NCBI GenBank assembly: GCA_951406725.2
Contig: OX597824.1
Coordinates: 40,424,001-40,488,000, forward strand
Length of the DNA stretch: 64,000 nt
Reading direction: 5' to 3'
Source of the DNA: Octopus vulgaris
Lineage: Eukaryota
Part shown: piece after piece, positions 13,360 to 26,790 of the stretch
How the letters are laid out: each line of letters opens with the position of its first letter
Position numbering within the stretch: position 1 is the stretch's first letter
Position numbers and translations under genes: made by a program
The notes under the pieces: model-generated
The model's database searches: none
The model's input: the letters and a program-made list of their open reading frames with translations, nothing else
Told to the model about the DNA's origin: nothing

Positions 13360-14106
13360 TATGTGTGTATGTATGTATGTATATGTATGTATGTATCAGT
13401 TGAAAATTGTAATCATATGAAATTAAAGTCTGTAGTGAACCAGATTATTGCTGAGTTGGTTGTGCAACACATTTTTTCGAAGAACCAAGACCAGTTTTTA
13501 TATCCTTTGCTTTGTGATAAAGTGAAGCTGTTTTGATTGTAGTCATGTGACACATTTGCTAAAAATTATTGCTTTGTGTGTGAGTCATGTTTTAGTTAGC
13601 TGTCATTTGTATGACATAAAACACATGAACTAAATAAACCAAACAATTGATATATCATGCATCTCAGTACGATATGACACATATGAACATTATTGTTATT
13701 CTATAGATCAATGTTTGTCAACCACAGTTTTATGGGAACCCCAGAGTTTCACAAGCGTTCGCTAAGAGTTCTGCAAGAAATAATGCTAAATAGGCTAATA
13801 TATATACAAATGAATTTAGGATAATTATTTGTATGTAATATATGCATGTATAGCTGACATAGCTGTGTGGTTAAGACAGAAAGTCAATGAGAGACACTGG
13901 GAGTAGAGGTGCAGCCAGTTTGGAGAAAATTGTATAAATATAAGGACAGTGCAGAGGATTAGGCATGTTCCAAGATGGGATGGAGATGAAAAATTCACTT
14001 TTCATGGTGTAGTCTTTACTACCAAAATCACTGCTACCCACATCACTGCTGCTACTACTATCACAGCTAACACCTCACCTACCACCACTGCAACCAAAAA
14101 TCACCA

Positions 14107-14323
14107 TTAACCCTTTAGCATTTAGATTTCTCTGTCAACTGTAATGCTTATTTATTCACATTAATATGAATTAGACATGCATTACTTTGTAGCTTTGAGA
14201 TTTCAATGATGTGATTGCAATAATATTGTAGGGTAAGTGTGAGAGGCCAGATCTGGTCAGTTGAAGATAAAACAGATGGATTATTTTGGCTGGATATGGC
14301 ATGTTTAAATGCTAAAGGGCTAA
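14107..14323. mobile_element. piggyBac-type (TTAA) MITE
   Basis: TTAA CCCTTTAGCATTTA ... TAAATGCTAAAGGG CTAA; a related decayed copy lies at about 51007-51225. Confidence 0.65.
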
Positions 14324-15252
14324 AATCACCACTACCATCTCAACCAGCTATTACAACCACCACCACTGCCACCAAAACTACCATTAGTCACTATTACCAT
14401 TTTAACCAATTATTGCAGCCACCACTACCCCCATTACTACCATCTCAAACAACCACCACAACCAACGTGACTCTTCTTTATTGTCAATATCACTACAACC
14501 ACCTCCACCACCACCACCACCACCTTCTCTCTTGCTTCCTATTTTTAGTTCCTGCATACAATCTAAAAAAATGAGGTCTGTAAGAAATAAATCCTGCATT
14601 CAGTACAACAGATGTTGTTATACTGGTCATATTTGTGTAGGGGGCAGTGTAGTAGTCTATATGAAAGGCAAAATTGGTCAACGAAAAATACCTTGTGGTA
14701 TTCAGCTGTGTCCAGTTAAAATCTGAGTTCAAATCCTGTGCAGATCTACTTTATTTTTCATGCTTACAAAGTCAGTAAAATAAGTGCTAATGTCAATGTT
14801 ATCTGATACACACTTGAAGATGGGACCCTTCAATCCAGTAGCTAAAATGAGTTAAAGAATATGTATATCCTTCCATCTATCCATTTTCTCTACCCACTTA
14901 TTCCTGGGATGGTTGTGGTGGGTAGAGTCCTCAGGTAACTCTTCCATTTGGGTCCTATCAAAAGCAACTGTCATTACATGGCTAGATTCACAAGCATGAC
15001 CAACTAAGATTATGGATTTTATCCAACCATCTAAATAGTTGTCTACTTGTAGGTCTCCTGCCAGCTGGTTTGGCTTGAAGAATCTGTCTTGTGACATTCT
15101 AATCTCACGTCTAGCACCAGAGCTATGACCTCTCAATGCACAGAAGTAGTGGAAAGACCTGTAGTGACTCTCTAATATCTGAACTAGGCATCCTATTGAG
15201 TTACATTACTCCAGCAATCCTTTGAGGGAATCCAATTTCAGCCATTTGTATT

Positions 15253-15299
<47 letters not shown>

Positions 15300-15300
<1 letters not shown>

Positions 15301-15504
15301 TCTTTACTCTTTTACTTGTTTCAGGCATTTGACTGTGGCCATGCTGGAGCACCGCCTTTAGTAGAGTAAATCGACCCCAGGACTTATTCTTTGTAAGCCT
15401 AGTACTTATTCTATCGGTCTCTTTTGCCGAACTGCTAAGTTACGGTGACGTAAACACACCAGCATTGGTTGTCAAGTGATGTTGGGGGGGACAAACATAT
15501 ACAT

Positions 15505-15565
<61 letters not shown>

Positions 15566-15720
15566 CGATGGCCTTCTTTCGGTTTCCGTCTACCAAATCC
15601 ACTCACAAGGCTTTGGTCGGCCCGAGGCTATAGTAGAAGACACTTGCCCAAGGTGCCACGTAGTGGGACTGAACCCGGAACCGTGTGGTTGGTAAACATG
15701 CTACTTACCACACAGCCGCT
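15300..15720 (-). mobile_element. SINE family A, well preserved
   Basis: Full head, CORE-like body, internal (TA)n and (tcttttac)n-type tail. Confidence 0.85.
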
Positions 15721-17170
15721 CATCATCATCATCATCATTTTAACATCTATTTTTCCATGCTTGCATGGGTTGGACAGAATTCATTGAGGCAGATTTTCTT
15801 TGGCTAGATGTCAACCCTCACCTGTTTCCAAGCAAGGTAATGTTTCCCCATGGCCAGACATGTTTTCACAGAAGATTGGAAACAAGGAACACTGCTTGTA
15901 TGGCAGTGACACTTGTTTCCAACTATCACACACTGTCAAAATAAGGAGTCTAACACACACACACATTATCATCATCATCATCATCATTTCATCATCATTT
16001 TAATGTTTATGTTCCATACTAGCATGGGTGGGACTCATATACATGTATATACATATATACATACATGAATGTGAGAAACTCAGAGAAGCAACAGTCATGT
16101 TTTGAATGAATAAGCTCTACAACATGCTATGAAATTTGGGGAACAGAAACTAAATGGGGCCTATTTTATAAGGATAGATGCTGAGAAAATTGAATGAAAC
16201 CTCAACACATTACCAATATGTATAACTCCATTCCATTCCCTCTCTCTGCCATCTAGGAATCATTAACCGGATTTAAGCTTAGAATAGTGAGCAGTAAACT
16301 TGATTCTGTCCCCCTTCCTGGATGCTTCTGTAAGATTTCATCTGTTATTACTCCCTAAAATATCCCTTACTAAATATTTAGGTGACCCCTATTCTGAAGT
16401 GGAAAGAATTTTTTTTGCTTGTGACTTTATATCTATGTCAGAATGTATCAGTCTGTCTGTCAGTGCCACACACACACACACACACATATGTATCAGTATT
16501 TGTATAAGTATGTTTTTGTTTGTATAGTCTGCATGTGTGTGTGTGTATAGTTCTATACTTGCATGTATATGTCTGTACATGTGTGTGTATGTATATATAT
16601 GTGTGTGTGCATATGTATACAAATGAATGTGTGTGTGTTACGTTTTTATGTGTATTTTTAACATGAAAATAGGAATGTATTCCATTTTCCTTCTACTCAT
16701 TTTCTCTCTTTCCCCCCACTTGTATTCCCATGTCTCACCACAGAACCCCTTAAGTGCCACATGTTCTAAAATGTTAGGGAATTATCATAACAACAGCAAC
16801 AACAATAACAATAATATTGATAGTACCGATAAAGCTGTCTTTATTTGTTATGAGAACTTCAAACAAAACCACAAAATATGGGTGTGTTTCTTAGAGAAAA
16901 TATTATAAAAATATTGAAGTATAAGTAAAATAATAATACAAAAGATAAAACAAAAATGTAATAGTATCCCATGAAGGTATAACTATGTTAGGCTGAGTGA
17001 TGTACTGCTGTTCCCACTATTGTCAGTCTACAACTGAAGGGAGCCATTCGACTGAACAAAAGTTGAGGAGCCAGCCAACCATCTCTTGGAAACTGGACAG
17101 TTGAGCTCTCCTTTCATTCAATTATAAAACTGTACTCTTGCATAGGTGTAAAAAAATTATTATTATTATT

Positions 17171-18490
17171 AAGGCAGTGAGGTGGCAGGATTGTTAGCAC
17201 ACAAGGCGAAATACTTAGTGGTATTTCATCGGTCGCTACATTCTGAGTTCAAATTCCACTGAGGTTGACTTGGCCTTTTGTTTTTTTTCAAGTCAATAAA
17301 TTAAATACCATTGTAACACTGGGGTCAATGTTATCAACTAGTCCCCTCCCCCAAAATTTCAGGCCTTACACCTTTAGTAGAAAGGATTATTATTATTAAG
17401 ACAGCGAGCTGGCAGAATTGTTAGCCCGCCAAGTGAAATGCTTAATGGTATTTCATCATGGCGGCGAGCTGGCAGAAACGTTAGCACGCCGGGCGAAATG
17501 CTTAGCAGTATTCCGTCTGCGTTACGTTGTGAGTTCAAATTCCGCCAAGGTCGACTTTGCCTTTCATCCTTTCGGGGTCGATAAATTAAGTACCAGTTAG
17601 GCACTGGGGTCGATGTAATCGACTTAATACCTATGTCTGTCCTTGTTTGTCCCCTCTGTGTTTAGCCCCTTGTGGGTAATAAAGAAATAGGTATTTCATC
17701 AGCGGCGAGCTGGCAGAAGCGTTAGCACACCGGGCGAAATGCTTAGCGGTATTTCGCCTGCCGCTACATTCTGAGTTCAAATTCGGCCGAGGTCAACTTT
17801 GCCTTTCATCCTTTCGGGGTCGATTAAATAAGTACCAGTTACGCACTGGGGTCAATATAATCGACTTAATCCGTTTGTCTGTCCTCTCTGTGTTTAGCCC
17901 CTTGTGGGTAGTAAAGAAATTGGTATTTCATCAGCCACTACATTCTGAGTTCAAATTCTGCAGAGGTTGACTTTGCCTGTTATCCTTTCGGGGTTGATAA
18001 ATTAAGTACTAGTCAAACACTGGGATCAATTTAATCAATTAGTCTTCTCCCCTCAAATTTGAGGCCTTGGGTCTCCAGTAGAAAGGATTATAATTATTAT
18101 ACAAGATGGCAAACTGGCAGAATTGTTAGCACACTGGGAAAAATGCTTAGCAACGTTTTGTTCATCTTACATTCTGAGTTCAAATTCCACTGAGGTTGAT
18201 TTTACCTTCCATCCTTTCGGGGTTGATAAAATAAGTACCTTCTGAGTACTGGGTTTGATGTAATCAACTATTCCCCTCCCCCAAATTTCAGGCCTTGTGC
18301 CTTTAGTAGAAAGGATTATTATTATTATAATTATATATGGTGGCAAACTGGCAGAATTGTTAGCATGCCAAAGTAAATGCTTAGGGGTATTTAGTTCATC
18401 TTTATGTTCTGAGTTCAAATTCCACCTAGGTTAACTTTACTTTTCATCCTTTCAGGGTTGATAAAATAAGTACCATCTGAGTACTGGGTC
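17171..18490 (+). mobile_element. Tandem/nested cluster of about 6 family B SINEs
   Basis: Repeated gagctggcagaa heads separated by (tta)n tails; two young copies inserted in an older one. Confidence 0.85.
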
Positions 18491-19937
18491 ACTATAATTG
18501 ACACTTACCCAAGGCTCCATGCAATGGGGTTGAACCCAGAACCATGTTGTTGAGAAGCAGATTTCTTTTCAAACCAACCAACCTGAAACTGCTTCTGGTA
18601 CTATGATACAAACTTACTGTTTTAAAAAGTTCTAAATATAATCCTACCCTCAAAACTCTGTTAATTTATGTTCCCAACACCAACTTTATAATCCTACAAA
18701 AGACATAAGGCATATTTCTGGAGCAGGGTCTTTTTGTTTGTTATTGGGTTTTTGTTTTTTTTGTGAAGGGGTTAAAATCTGAAAGATGTAATATGGTAAA
18801 TTTCTTTTTTGACTTATCACAAATGTGTTTTAGGAGAAGGGGTAAATGTAATAATATTAAAAATAATAATAGGTACTAAAATAATAATAATGGCAATATT
18901 AATTATGTTTTAATTAGGCATGAAGCCATATAGTTTCAGGAGAGAGAAAATGGAAAGTTTCACCATCAATATCTTTTCTGAAAACCTTAGCTTCATTAAT
19001 AAACTAATTCCCATGAGGACTTAGAACAAGTAGACTATCCCACTCATATACAATTTCGTGATGGCTCCTGTAGTAGTAGTAACAACAACTTTGTTTTTTA
19101 TTTTGGCAGAAACCCACAAATTTGTCTGAAAGAGTCTAGTCAATTGAACTGAGTTCGTGTATATAAATACTATTATTTTATTGACCCTGGGTAGATAAAA
19201 GGTGGAATTAATGCCAGTGGGAATTTAAACTCAGAAATTCTAGCAAGATTAAATATTATATGGTATCTATCTCAAAGGCCTACCATTTCCACTACTGTGC
19301 ATATTGGTAATAATAATAATAATGATAATTATGATGATAATAATAATCATCCTTCCTACAATAGGTACAAAGCCTGAATTTTTGAGAGGGGACTAGGCGA
19401 TTACATTGCCCCAGTCCCCAACTGATACTTATTTCAGCAGAATTTGAACTCAGAATTTAAAGACAGACAAAATGCCATTCCTTTGTCTAATGATTCTGTA
19501 TGTTTGCTGCCTTAAAAATTCTTTCTGAGGCCTGAAATTTGCAGGAGGGAGCTAGTCAATTACATTGACCCTCAGTATTTAATTGGTACTATTTCGTCAA
19601 CCGGGAAAGGATGAAAGGGCACCAACTTAATAGTAATAAGGTTTCAGATTTTGACACAAGGCTAGTTATTTCAGAATAGGGTTAAGTCGATTACCATGAT
19701 CCCAGTGCTCAACTGGTACTTATTTTGTCTACCCCAAAAGGATGAAAGGCAGAGTTGACTGCAGCAGAATTTGAATCCAAAATGTAAAGACAGTGTATTT
19801 ATGTGCATGTGTGTGTGTGTGTGTATATGTTCGTATGTATATATGTATTTATGTTTGTATGTATATATGTATTTATATATGAATGTATATATGTATTTAT
19901 ATATGTATGTATATACATATATATGTACGTATATATG

Positions 19938-19972
<35 letters not shown>

Positions 19973-20306
19973 TAATTAGAATAAGATTTAACTTAGATGT
20001 TTATAAAATAAATTAATAATAATTTACTTTAATGTATATAGATTATATTATAGTATTTTAGTTTTCACTTAATGTATATTTTGTATTATATATATATATA
20101 TATTTGTTTTAAATAATTTCTAGTAATGATATATTATAGTTTATTCTTTTCTTATATAAGTTAAAATTTTATTTTTATAGATATAATAAATATTTATACC
20201 TATTTATTCTATTTTTATTTACACCAGAATATATTTAAGATATTTCATATTTTACAAGATTATATACATATATTTATTTATTTAATTATTTTATGGTTTT
20301 TATCTG

Positions 20307-20389
20307 TAACCTGAAGAGTGGCTATATTTAAATTGAATTGATTTTACTGTTATCAGTTCTTAAATATAGCCACAAAACATGTGTAGTCA
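20307..20389 (+). ncRNA. Decayed minimal hammerhead motif
   Basis: CTGAAGA(20311-17); perfect 13-bp stem II gtggctatattta/taaatatagccac; AAAA in place of GAAA; CATGTG; TA. Confidence 0.6.
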
Positions 20390-20535
20390 TTTTACTAATT
20401 ATATACATTTTATTTATTATTATTTTGTACATTACTTAATCATTGGTATATGTTTTTGTCTTATATTTAATTTTTCTATATGCTGTAATTTAGATTTTCA
20501 TTGTTGAATTGATAAAAGGTGGTTTTCTTCTAATT

Positions 20536-20569
<34 letters not shown>

Positions 20570-20842
20570 TCTAGCATTCATGAGTGCAACACTGTAACCA
20601 CTAGGTCACATGCCTTCACATACATATATGTGTATGTGTGTGAGTTGTGTATCCATTTGCTTTATGTCCAATTTTCTATACTATCATGGGTTAGATGAAT
20701 GTAGTAATATGGTTGGATGCCCTCCCTCATGCTAACCACTTTACAGAGTGTTCTGGATGCTTATTTTTGTTCTCACAGCTCCACCACTAATGAAGTTATT
20801 TTGCAACTGGCAAGACTAAAGGACTCAAAAATTACCCCTATA

Positions 20843-20877
<35 letters not shown>

Positions 20878-21029
20878 TGATTTTCGGTGAGGTAGTGAAA
20901 GAAGGTTAAGTCTGATGGAAGGAACTAGTTTATGTGTGCGTTTTAAAATACTTATGTGTAAGTTATTTTCCTTGTGAAATCATACATACCATTCAGAAAT
21001 TCCCACAAGCTACACTTTACACATAACTA

Positions 21030-21372
21030 TAGGTGGAGTGGCTGTGTGGTAAGTAGCTTGCTTACCAACCACATGGTTCCGGGTTCAGTCCCACTGCATG
21101 GCACCTTGGGCAAGTGTCTTCTACTATAGCCTTGGGCTGACCAAAGCCTTGTGAGTGGATTTGGTACATGGAAACTGAAAGAAGCCCGTCGTATATATGT
21201 GTGTTTTGTCCCCCCAACATTGCTTGACAACCGATGTTGGTGTGTTTATGTCCCCATAAATTAGCAGTTCGGCAAAAGATACCAATAGAATAAGTCTTGG
21301 GATCGATTTGCTTCACTAAAGGTGGTGCTCCAGCATGGCCACAGTCAAATGACTGAAACAAGTAAAAGAGTA
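21030..21372 (+). mobile_element. SINE family A
   Basis: ggagtggctgtgtggtaagtagcttgcttaccaacc head through gactgaaacaagtaaaagag tail. Confidence 0.85.
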
Positions 21373-21623
21373 ACTCTAATTGACCTTTGACCAATGTGAC
21401 ACACTGTGAGATGGAACCTGAAAACTCATGGCTGGAAAATACACTTCTTAATCATACAACTATGACTGTGCCTACATGTATGCACCTGCACATGTTCAGA
21501 TTTAATGGATTTTCTCCTTACACACACACACACACACTCTATCAAGGAGGAAAGAATGTCAGTTTTAAAAAGAAATAGTTCAGATGTCATGTACGAGAGA
21601 TCTTTTAAACACAAAGATGCAAA

Positions 21624-21692
<69 letters not shown>

Positions 21693-21821
21693 CGTGCGTG
21701 TGCAATTGGGTGAGTGTCTGTGTCTGAGGTCTGGGATCAAAACCATATGCTTTGGTTCTGACTTGTAGGAAATAATGTTCAGGAATTGTATAGTACAGAA
21801 ACAAGAACACATTCTTATGTT

Positions 21822-22180
21822 CTGGGGGCGGGGGGGTTCTGGGGGCGCGGGGGGGGGGCAGCAGGGCGGTGGACCTGTTTTGGAGACATGAGTAGTGAGT
21901 AGACAACCTACCCTTTTTTCCCCGCCACCCTTTATCTGGTGACCTGATATAGAGAACCACCAACCAGCTTAAACCCTCCATACTGCTGTGCATATAACAT
22001 AAGGACTTGGTGGCGGGAGGGAAAAAAAAACTAATATAGTTCAGTCATTTGGAATAATCTCCCAGCATTGATATAAAAATCTTTACCAACCTACTCAGAT
22101 TGTAATAGCTTTATTTATTTATTTCACTTTCCTTCCTCCTCCTCCGACGCCACCCCTCTTTATGTCTGTTGCATGGCAAC
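21822..22180. promoter_or_regulatory. GC-rich promoter/enhancer-like patch
   Basis: G-runs, GGGCGG boxes, E2F-like TTCCCCGCC/GGCGGGA and X-box GTTGCATGGCAAC (22168-22180) in an AT-rich background. Confidence 0.35.
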
Positions 22181-22522
22181 TGTATTTTCTTTTTAAGATC
22201 TTTTACGCAGTTCTTTCCTTAAGTTCATAATTCCAGAGTAACACACATAAATATTATAGCAATAGGACTCTTTCCCACACACACACACACTCTCTCTCTT
22301 CTCTCTCTCTCTCTCTCTCTCTTAATTCGTTCATTTTCTTCCTCTCCTCATATTGTTTAGTGTTGACGTTTTTGTGATCCTGTGGTAATTGCTTCATTAT
22401 ATATACATATATATATATATAATAATAATAATATTAGGGAGTATAACTCCAAACTTACAGGGAAAAATTCTATTTAGTATTAAATCAAATTTTCCATTAT
22501 AAATATATAAAATATAAATTCA

Positions 22523-22806
22523 AGAAAAAAACCACTATTATGCAAATCAAACATTGATAGACATAAACCAAATCATAAATAAAAAATAAAATATATATTT
22601 ATAAAACATATAACTAGATCAAAAAAAGTATAAAAATGAATAATCAATATATAATAATGAATATGTATAATTACTTATTATATATTGATTATTCATTTTT
22701 ATACTTTTGTGATGTAGTTATATGTTTTATAAAAATATTTATTTTTTATTTATGATTTGGTTTATGCCTATCATTGTTTGAATTGCATAATAGTGGGGTT
22801 TTTTCT
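22523..22806. repeat. Imperfect AT-rich palindrome, about 135-bp arms and 17-nt loop
   Basis: Left arm ends ataataa at 22657; right arm begins ttattatatattg at 22675; aaccactattatgcaa versus ttgcataatagtgg. Confidence 0.85.
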
Positions 22807-22811
22807 CTAAG

Positions 22812-22846
<35 letters not shown>

Positions 22847-22882
22847 AAATATGAATCAGAAGCAGTGCATATCATGTAAACA

Positions 22883-23108
22883 TTGTCAAACACACATACT
22901 CAATGTATGTGCTTTGTTTGTTCACCAGTAGGCTGTGATTTACCACAGTGGAGATGACTCCCTCAAAGCACCAAGTGTTTAAAACACATATAAGTCACTT
23001 TCAGGTGTTTTAACACACAGCACATTAAGGGAGTCATCTCCACTGCATTAAATTGCAGCCTACCAGTAAACAAGCAAGACACATACATTGAGTATGTGTA
23101 TTTGATAA
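22883..23108. mobile_element. Hairpin MITE-like element
   Basis: cacatactcaatgtatgtg...cagtggagatgactccct is inverted to agggagtcatctccactg...cacatacattgagtatgtg. Confidence 0.7.
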
Positions 23109-23133
23109 GATTATAGATATATATATGTATATA

Positions 23134-23165
<32 letters not shown>

Positions 23166-25861
23166 GGTGCAGTATGGCTCTGTGATTTTAAGAAGTTTGC
23201 TTCCTCATGACATGGTTTTGAATTTGGTCCCTTTGCATAGCACCTTGGATAAGTGTATTCTACTATAGCCCCAGGCCAATCAAAGCCTTGTGAGTGGATT
23301 TGGGTGACTAAAACTGAAAGAAGCTTGTTGTGTATGTATGTATGTGCACATGTGTGTGTGTGTGTGTGTGCATGTGTGTGCAACTCTTTTATTAGGCTGA
23401 GAAATGTTCAGATTATGAGGAACTCACTGACCAAGTTTAAACACTTTTCCTGGTTCAGGAGATTGTTTTATGAGTGAAATGAGACCTAAATTAAACTGTT
23501 TTGATAATTCTCATGCAGTTTACTTTGGAATTTTCTCAACTACCATTTTCAGGAGCTCAGTATTTATAGAACTTGGTTGTCCAAATTGGGGAGAAACTAC
23601 AGGAGAAAAATCTCCAAAGTATCTGATTCGGCACAGTTTTTATGGTTGGTTGCCCTCCCTCATGCCAACCACTTTACAAAGTGTGCTGGATGCTTATTTT
23701 TGTTCTCACAGCTCCACCACTACTGAAGTTATCTTGCAACCGGCAGGCCTAAAGGACCTGAAAATTACCCCTATAACTGTGTGTGTGTGTGTGTGTGTGA
23801 TAATTTTAGGTGAGGTAGTGAGAGAAGGTTAAGTCTGATGGAAGGAATAAGTTTATGTATGTGTGTATTAAAAAAGGTCTTTTCCAATTTCCCAGCTTAT
23901 AATTATTATGTGAACTCTTATGTGTTTCAATTGCCATATTTAAAACAGATCAAGTCGCAGCTATAAGATTATTCCTGATTTCCTGCACCAATAAAAAGGA
24001 ATTAGATTCTATGATGAAAATGTCAAACTAACATTGTTTAATGCTTAATTATACAGATGTTTATTCTCTTTCCACCCCTTTTATATCATTAACTTCAACA
24101 TTTAAAGTAAATTAGAGAGGAAAAGAAATCTCTTGAACTCGCTTCAACTTAGGTCTGTTGTGAGCCCTAGGACTTATAAAGCTGGAGTTTAACCTAGTTT
24201 CCATAGTGTATAGATAACTGAAATTACAACACCCCCACCCCCTGAATGTGATGCTTATCTGTTGCAGGGTTAACTTCTCAATGATAGCTGGAACTCATTT
24301 TACAGCTGAGTGGACTGGAACTTCATGAAATGAAATGTTTTGCTCAAGAACACATAGCACTACCTAGTCCAGGGACTGAAACCATGATCTTATGATCATG
24401 AGTGTAACACCCTAATTTACTGGGTCATGTACCTTAACTACCAGAATATATTTCAAATAAAATATATTACTACCTAAGCATTTTAGCTGATATTAAAAAA
24501 TTTTTTAAATTTGGAAGAATTTAATAAAATATGTAATATTTTCATTACTAAGCTGTTGTTTAGACCATAACATAATTTAACAAGACGTTCTTACATAAAC
24601 ATATTCGGGAAGATTTTAATTTACATGACTTGGGCATGATAGTAAAAAGATCAATTTCATTTCATTTCAGCTGAGGCTTAGCTTATATTTCTTGATCCAC
24701 TTATATTACATGCAATTTATTATTTCTTTGAGTCTGTCATCTGAATCCTACACGTAGCTATCCAACAAACTATTATCTAGTTAAGAGATAAGTATTACTG
24801 ATTTAAACACAAGGTCAGCCATTCTGAAGGGAAGTGTTTAGTTGATGCCATCAACCCCAGTACTTGGCTGGTTCTTTATTTTGTCAATCTCTGAAAGGAT
24901 GAAAGAAAAATTGCCCTACTGGGACTTGAACTGAAAGCATAAAGAACAAATAATGCCGGGCATTTCTCCAATGCTCTCATGTTTCTACCAGCCTGTCACC
25001 TTACTCTTAACTTGTATTACACAATTGCATATGAGACTGCATTGGTCAGCTATTCCTTAAATGTATATCACAAGATTCATACTAACCTTGTTTACATTCA
25101 TTTTGAAGAAAGAAAGGAAGTCAAATGTATGAGAGGAAAAACTCTAATCTTTTCCTCTTACATTCATTTTTGTCCAGTAATGGAATCATTACAGGAGGCC
25201 TGAGCTTTTGATTTAGCCTAGAAAATTTTCAACAGAATGATAAAAGTTAATATCTGTTAATAAAAAAACAAATTAGTTGTGTACATATCATATTAGTAAT
25301 TCCAAGAATCTATGTAAATACTTATAAATTTAAGGTTTGTTTTATTATAAACAACTGATATGGAGTTGTATTTGATTATTGTCTCAAAATAATGCTGTTG
25401 TGAACGTGTCGTTGTTTAATCCCAAATCAGCTTATAGGTCATCTTAGTATGTTGTCATAGACATACCATGGCCCCACCTAACTGAGAACCATACATCGCA
25501 TTCCAACATGCAGCAATGAGTCATATAGGGTGCAGTGTTGCAGTCAGGACACGTTGATAATAACAATCATGTCATGAGTTTCACTATTTGGCCCTGGCCG
25601 TGCAATGGGTTTTTAGAGGAAGGTACTTCATTTTACACTTTTCTAGTTTACTCAACTGAAAAATGAGTACCAGCTGAGTACTGAGTAGCTCTCCTTTTCT
25701 CTATCAGTCACATCCTAGATGTGATGCTGAATCTGAGGGGGTGTTAGTTTGTGACTACATAGGCACCTAAAGAAATTAGTGAAAGCATGGTACATGTTAC
25801 CAAGCCATATTCATTTACAAGTAACAGTTGGTTCTTTATTATGATTTTTTTTTTTATGTAG

Positions 25862-26093
25862 GGTGGTGAGCTGGAAGAATTGTTAGTATGGTGTGTAAAA
25901 TGTTTAGTGACATTTCACCTATCTTCATATTCAAATTCAAATTCTGCCGAGGTTAACTTTGCCTTTAATCCTTTTGCTGTTGATGAAATAAGTACCAGCT
26001 GAGCACTGGAGTCAATGCAATCTACTTTCCCTCTCCTCAGAATTACTGGCCTTGTGTCAAAATTTGAAACCATTATTATTATTGTTATTATTG

Positions 26094-26127
<34 letters not shown>

Positions 26128-26790
26128 GACAGTGAGCTGGCAGAATTGTTAACATGCTGGATAAAATACTTAGTGGTACTTTGCCCGTTGCTATGTTCTG
26201 AGTTCAAATTCCACTGAGATCGACTTTGCTTTGCATCCTTTCAGGGTTGATAAATTAAGTACTAGTGAAACACTGGGATCAATGTAATCGATTATCCCCC
26301 TCCCCCAAATTTCAGGCCTTGTGCCTGAAGTAGAAAGGATTATTATTATTAAGGCAGTGAGCTGGCAGAATCATTAACATGTTCAACGAAATGCTTAGCA
26401 GTATTTTGCCTGTTGGTATGTTCTAATTTCAAATTCCACTGAGGTCAGCTTTTCCTTTCATCCTTTCAGGGTCAATAAATTAAGCACCAGTTGTAGCACT
26501 GGGGTCAATATAATTGACTTAACTCCTCCCCTAAAATTTCAGACCTTGTGTCTATAGTAGAAAAGATTATTATTGAGAGGGCAAGGTGATAGAATCTTTC
26601 ATGTGTTGAAGAAAATACTTAATGCCATTTCTTCTGATTCTTTAGATACTGAGTTCAAATCCTGCTGAGGTCAACTTCATCCTTGCAGGGTCAATAAAAT
26701 GAAGTATCAGTCTAATACTGAGGGTCAATGTAATGGACTATCCCTTTCTCTTTAAAATTGCCTACGTTCTGCCAACATGTGAAACAATTA
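25862..26790 (+). mobile_element. Tandem array of four older family B SINEs
   Basis: Heads at about 25862, 26128, 26352 and 26577, each preceded by a (tta)n tail or T-rich run. Confidence 0.8.

Noticed and set aside
14402-14732. Poly-Pro/Gly/His ORFs
   Set aside because: Arise from (CCA)n low-complexity sequence.
21030-21110. tRNA gene-like A/B boxes
   Set aside because: SINE head continuing into a repeat body; no cloverleaf.
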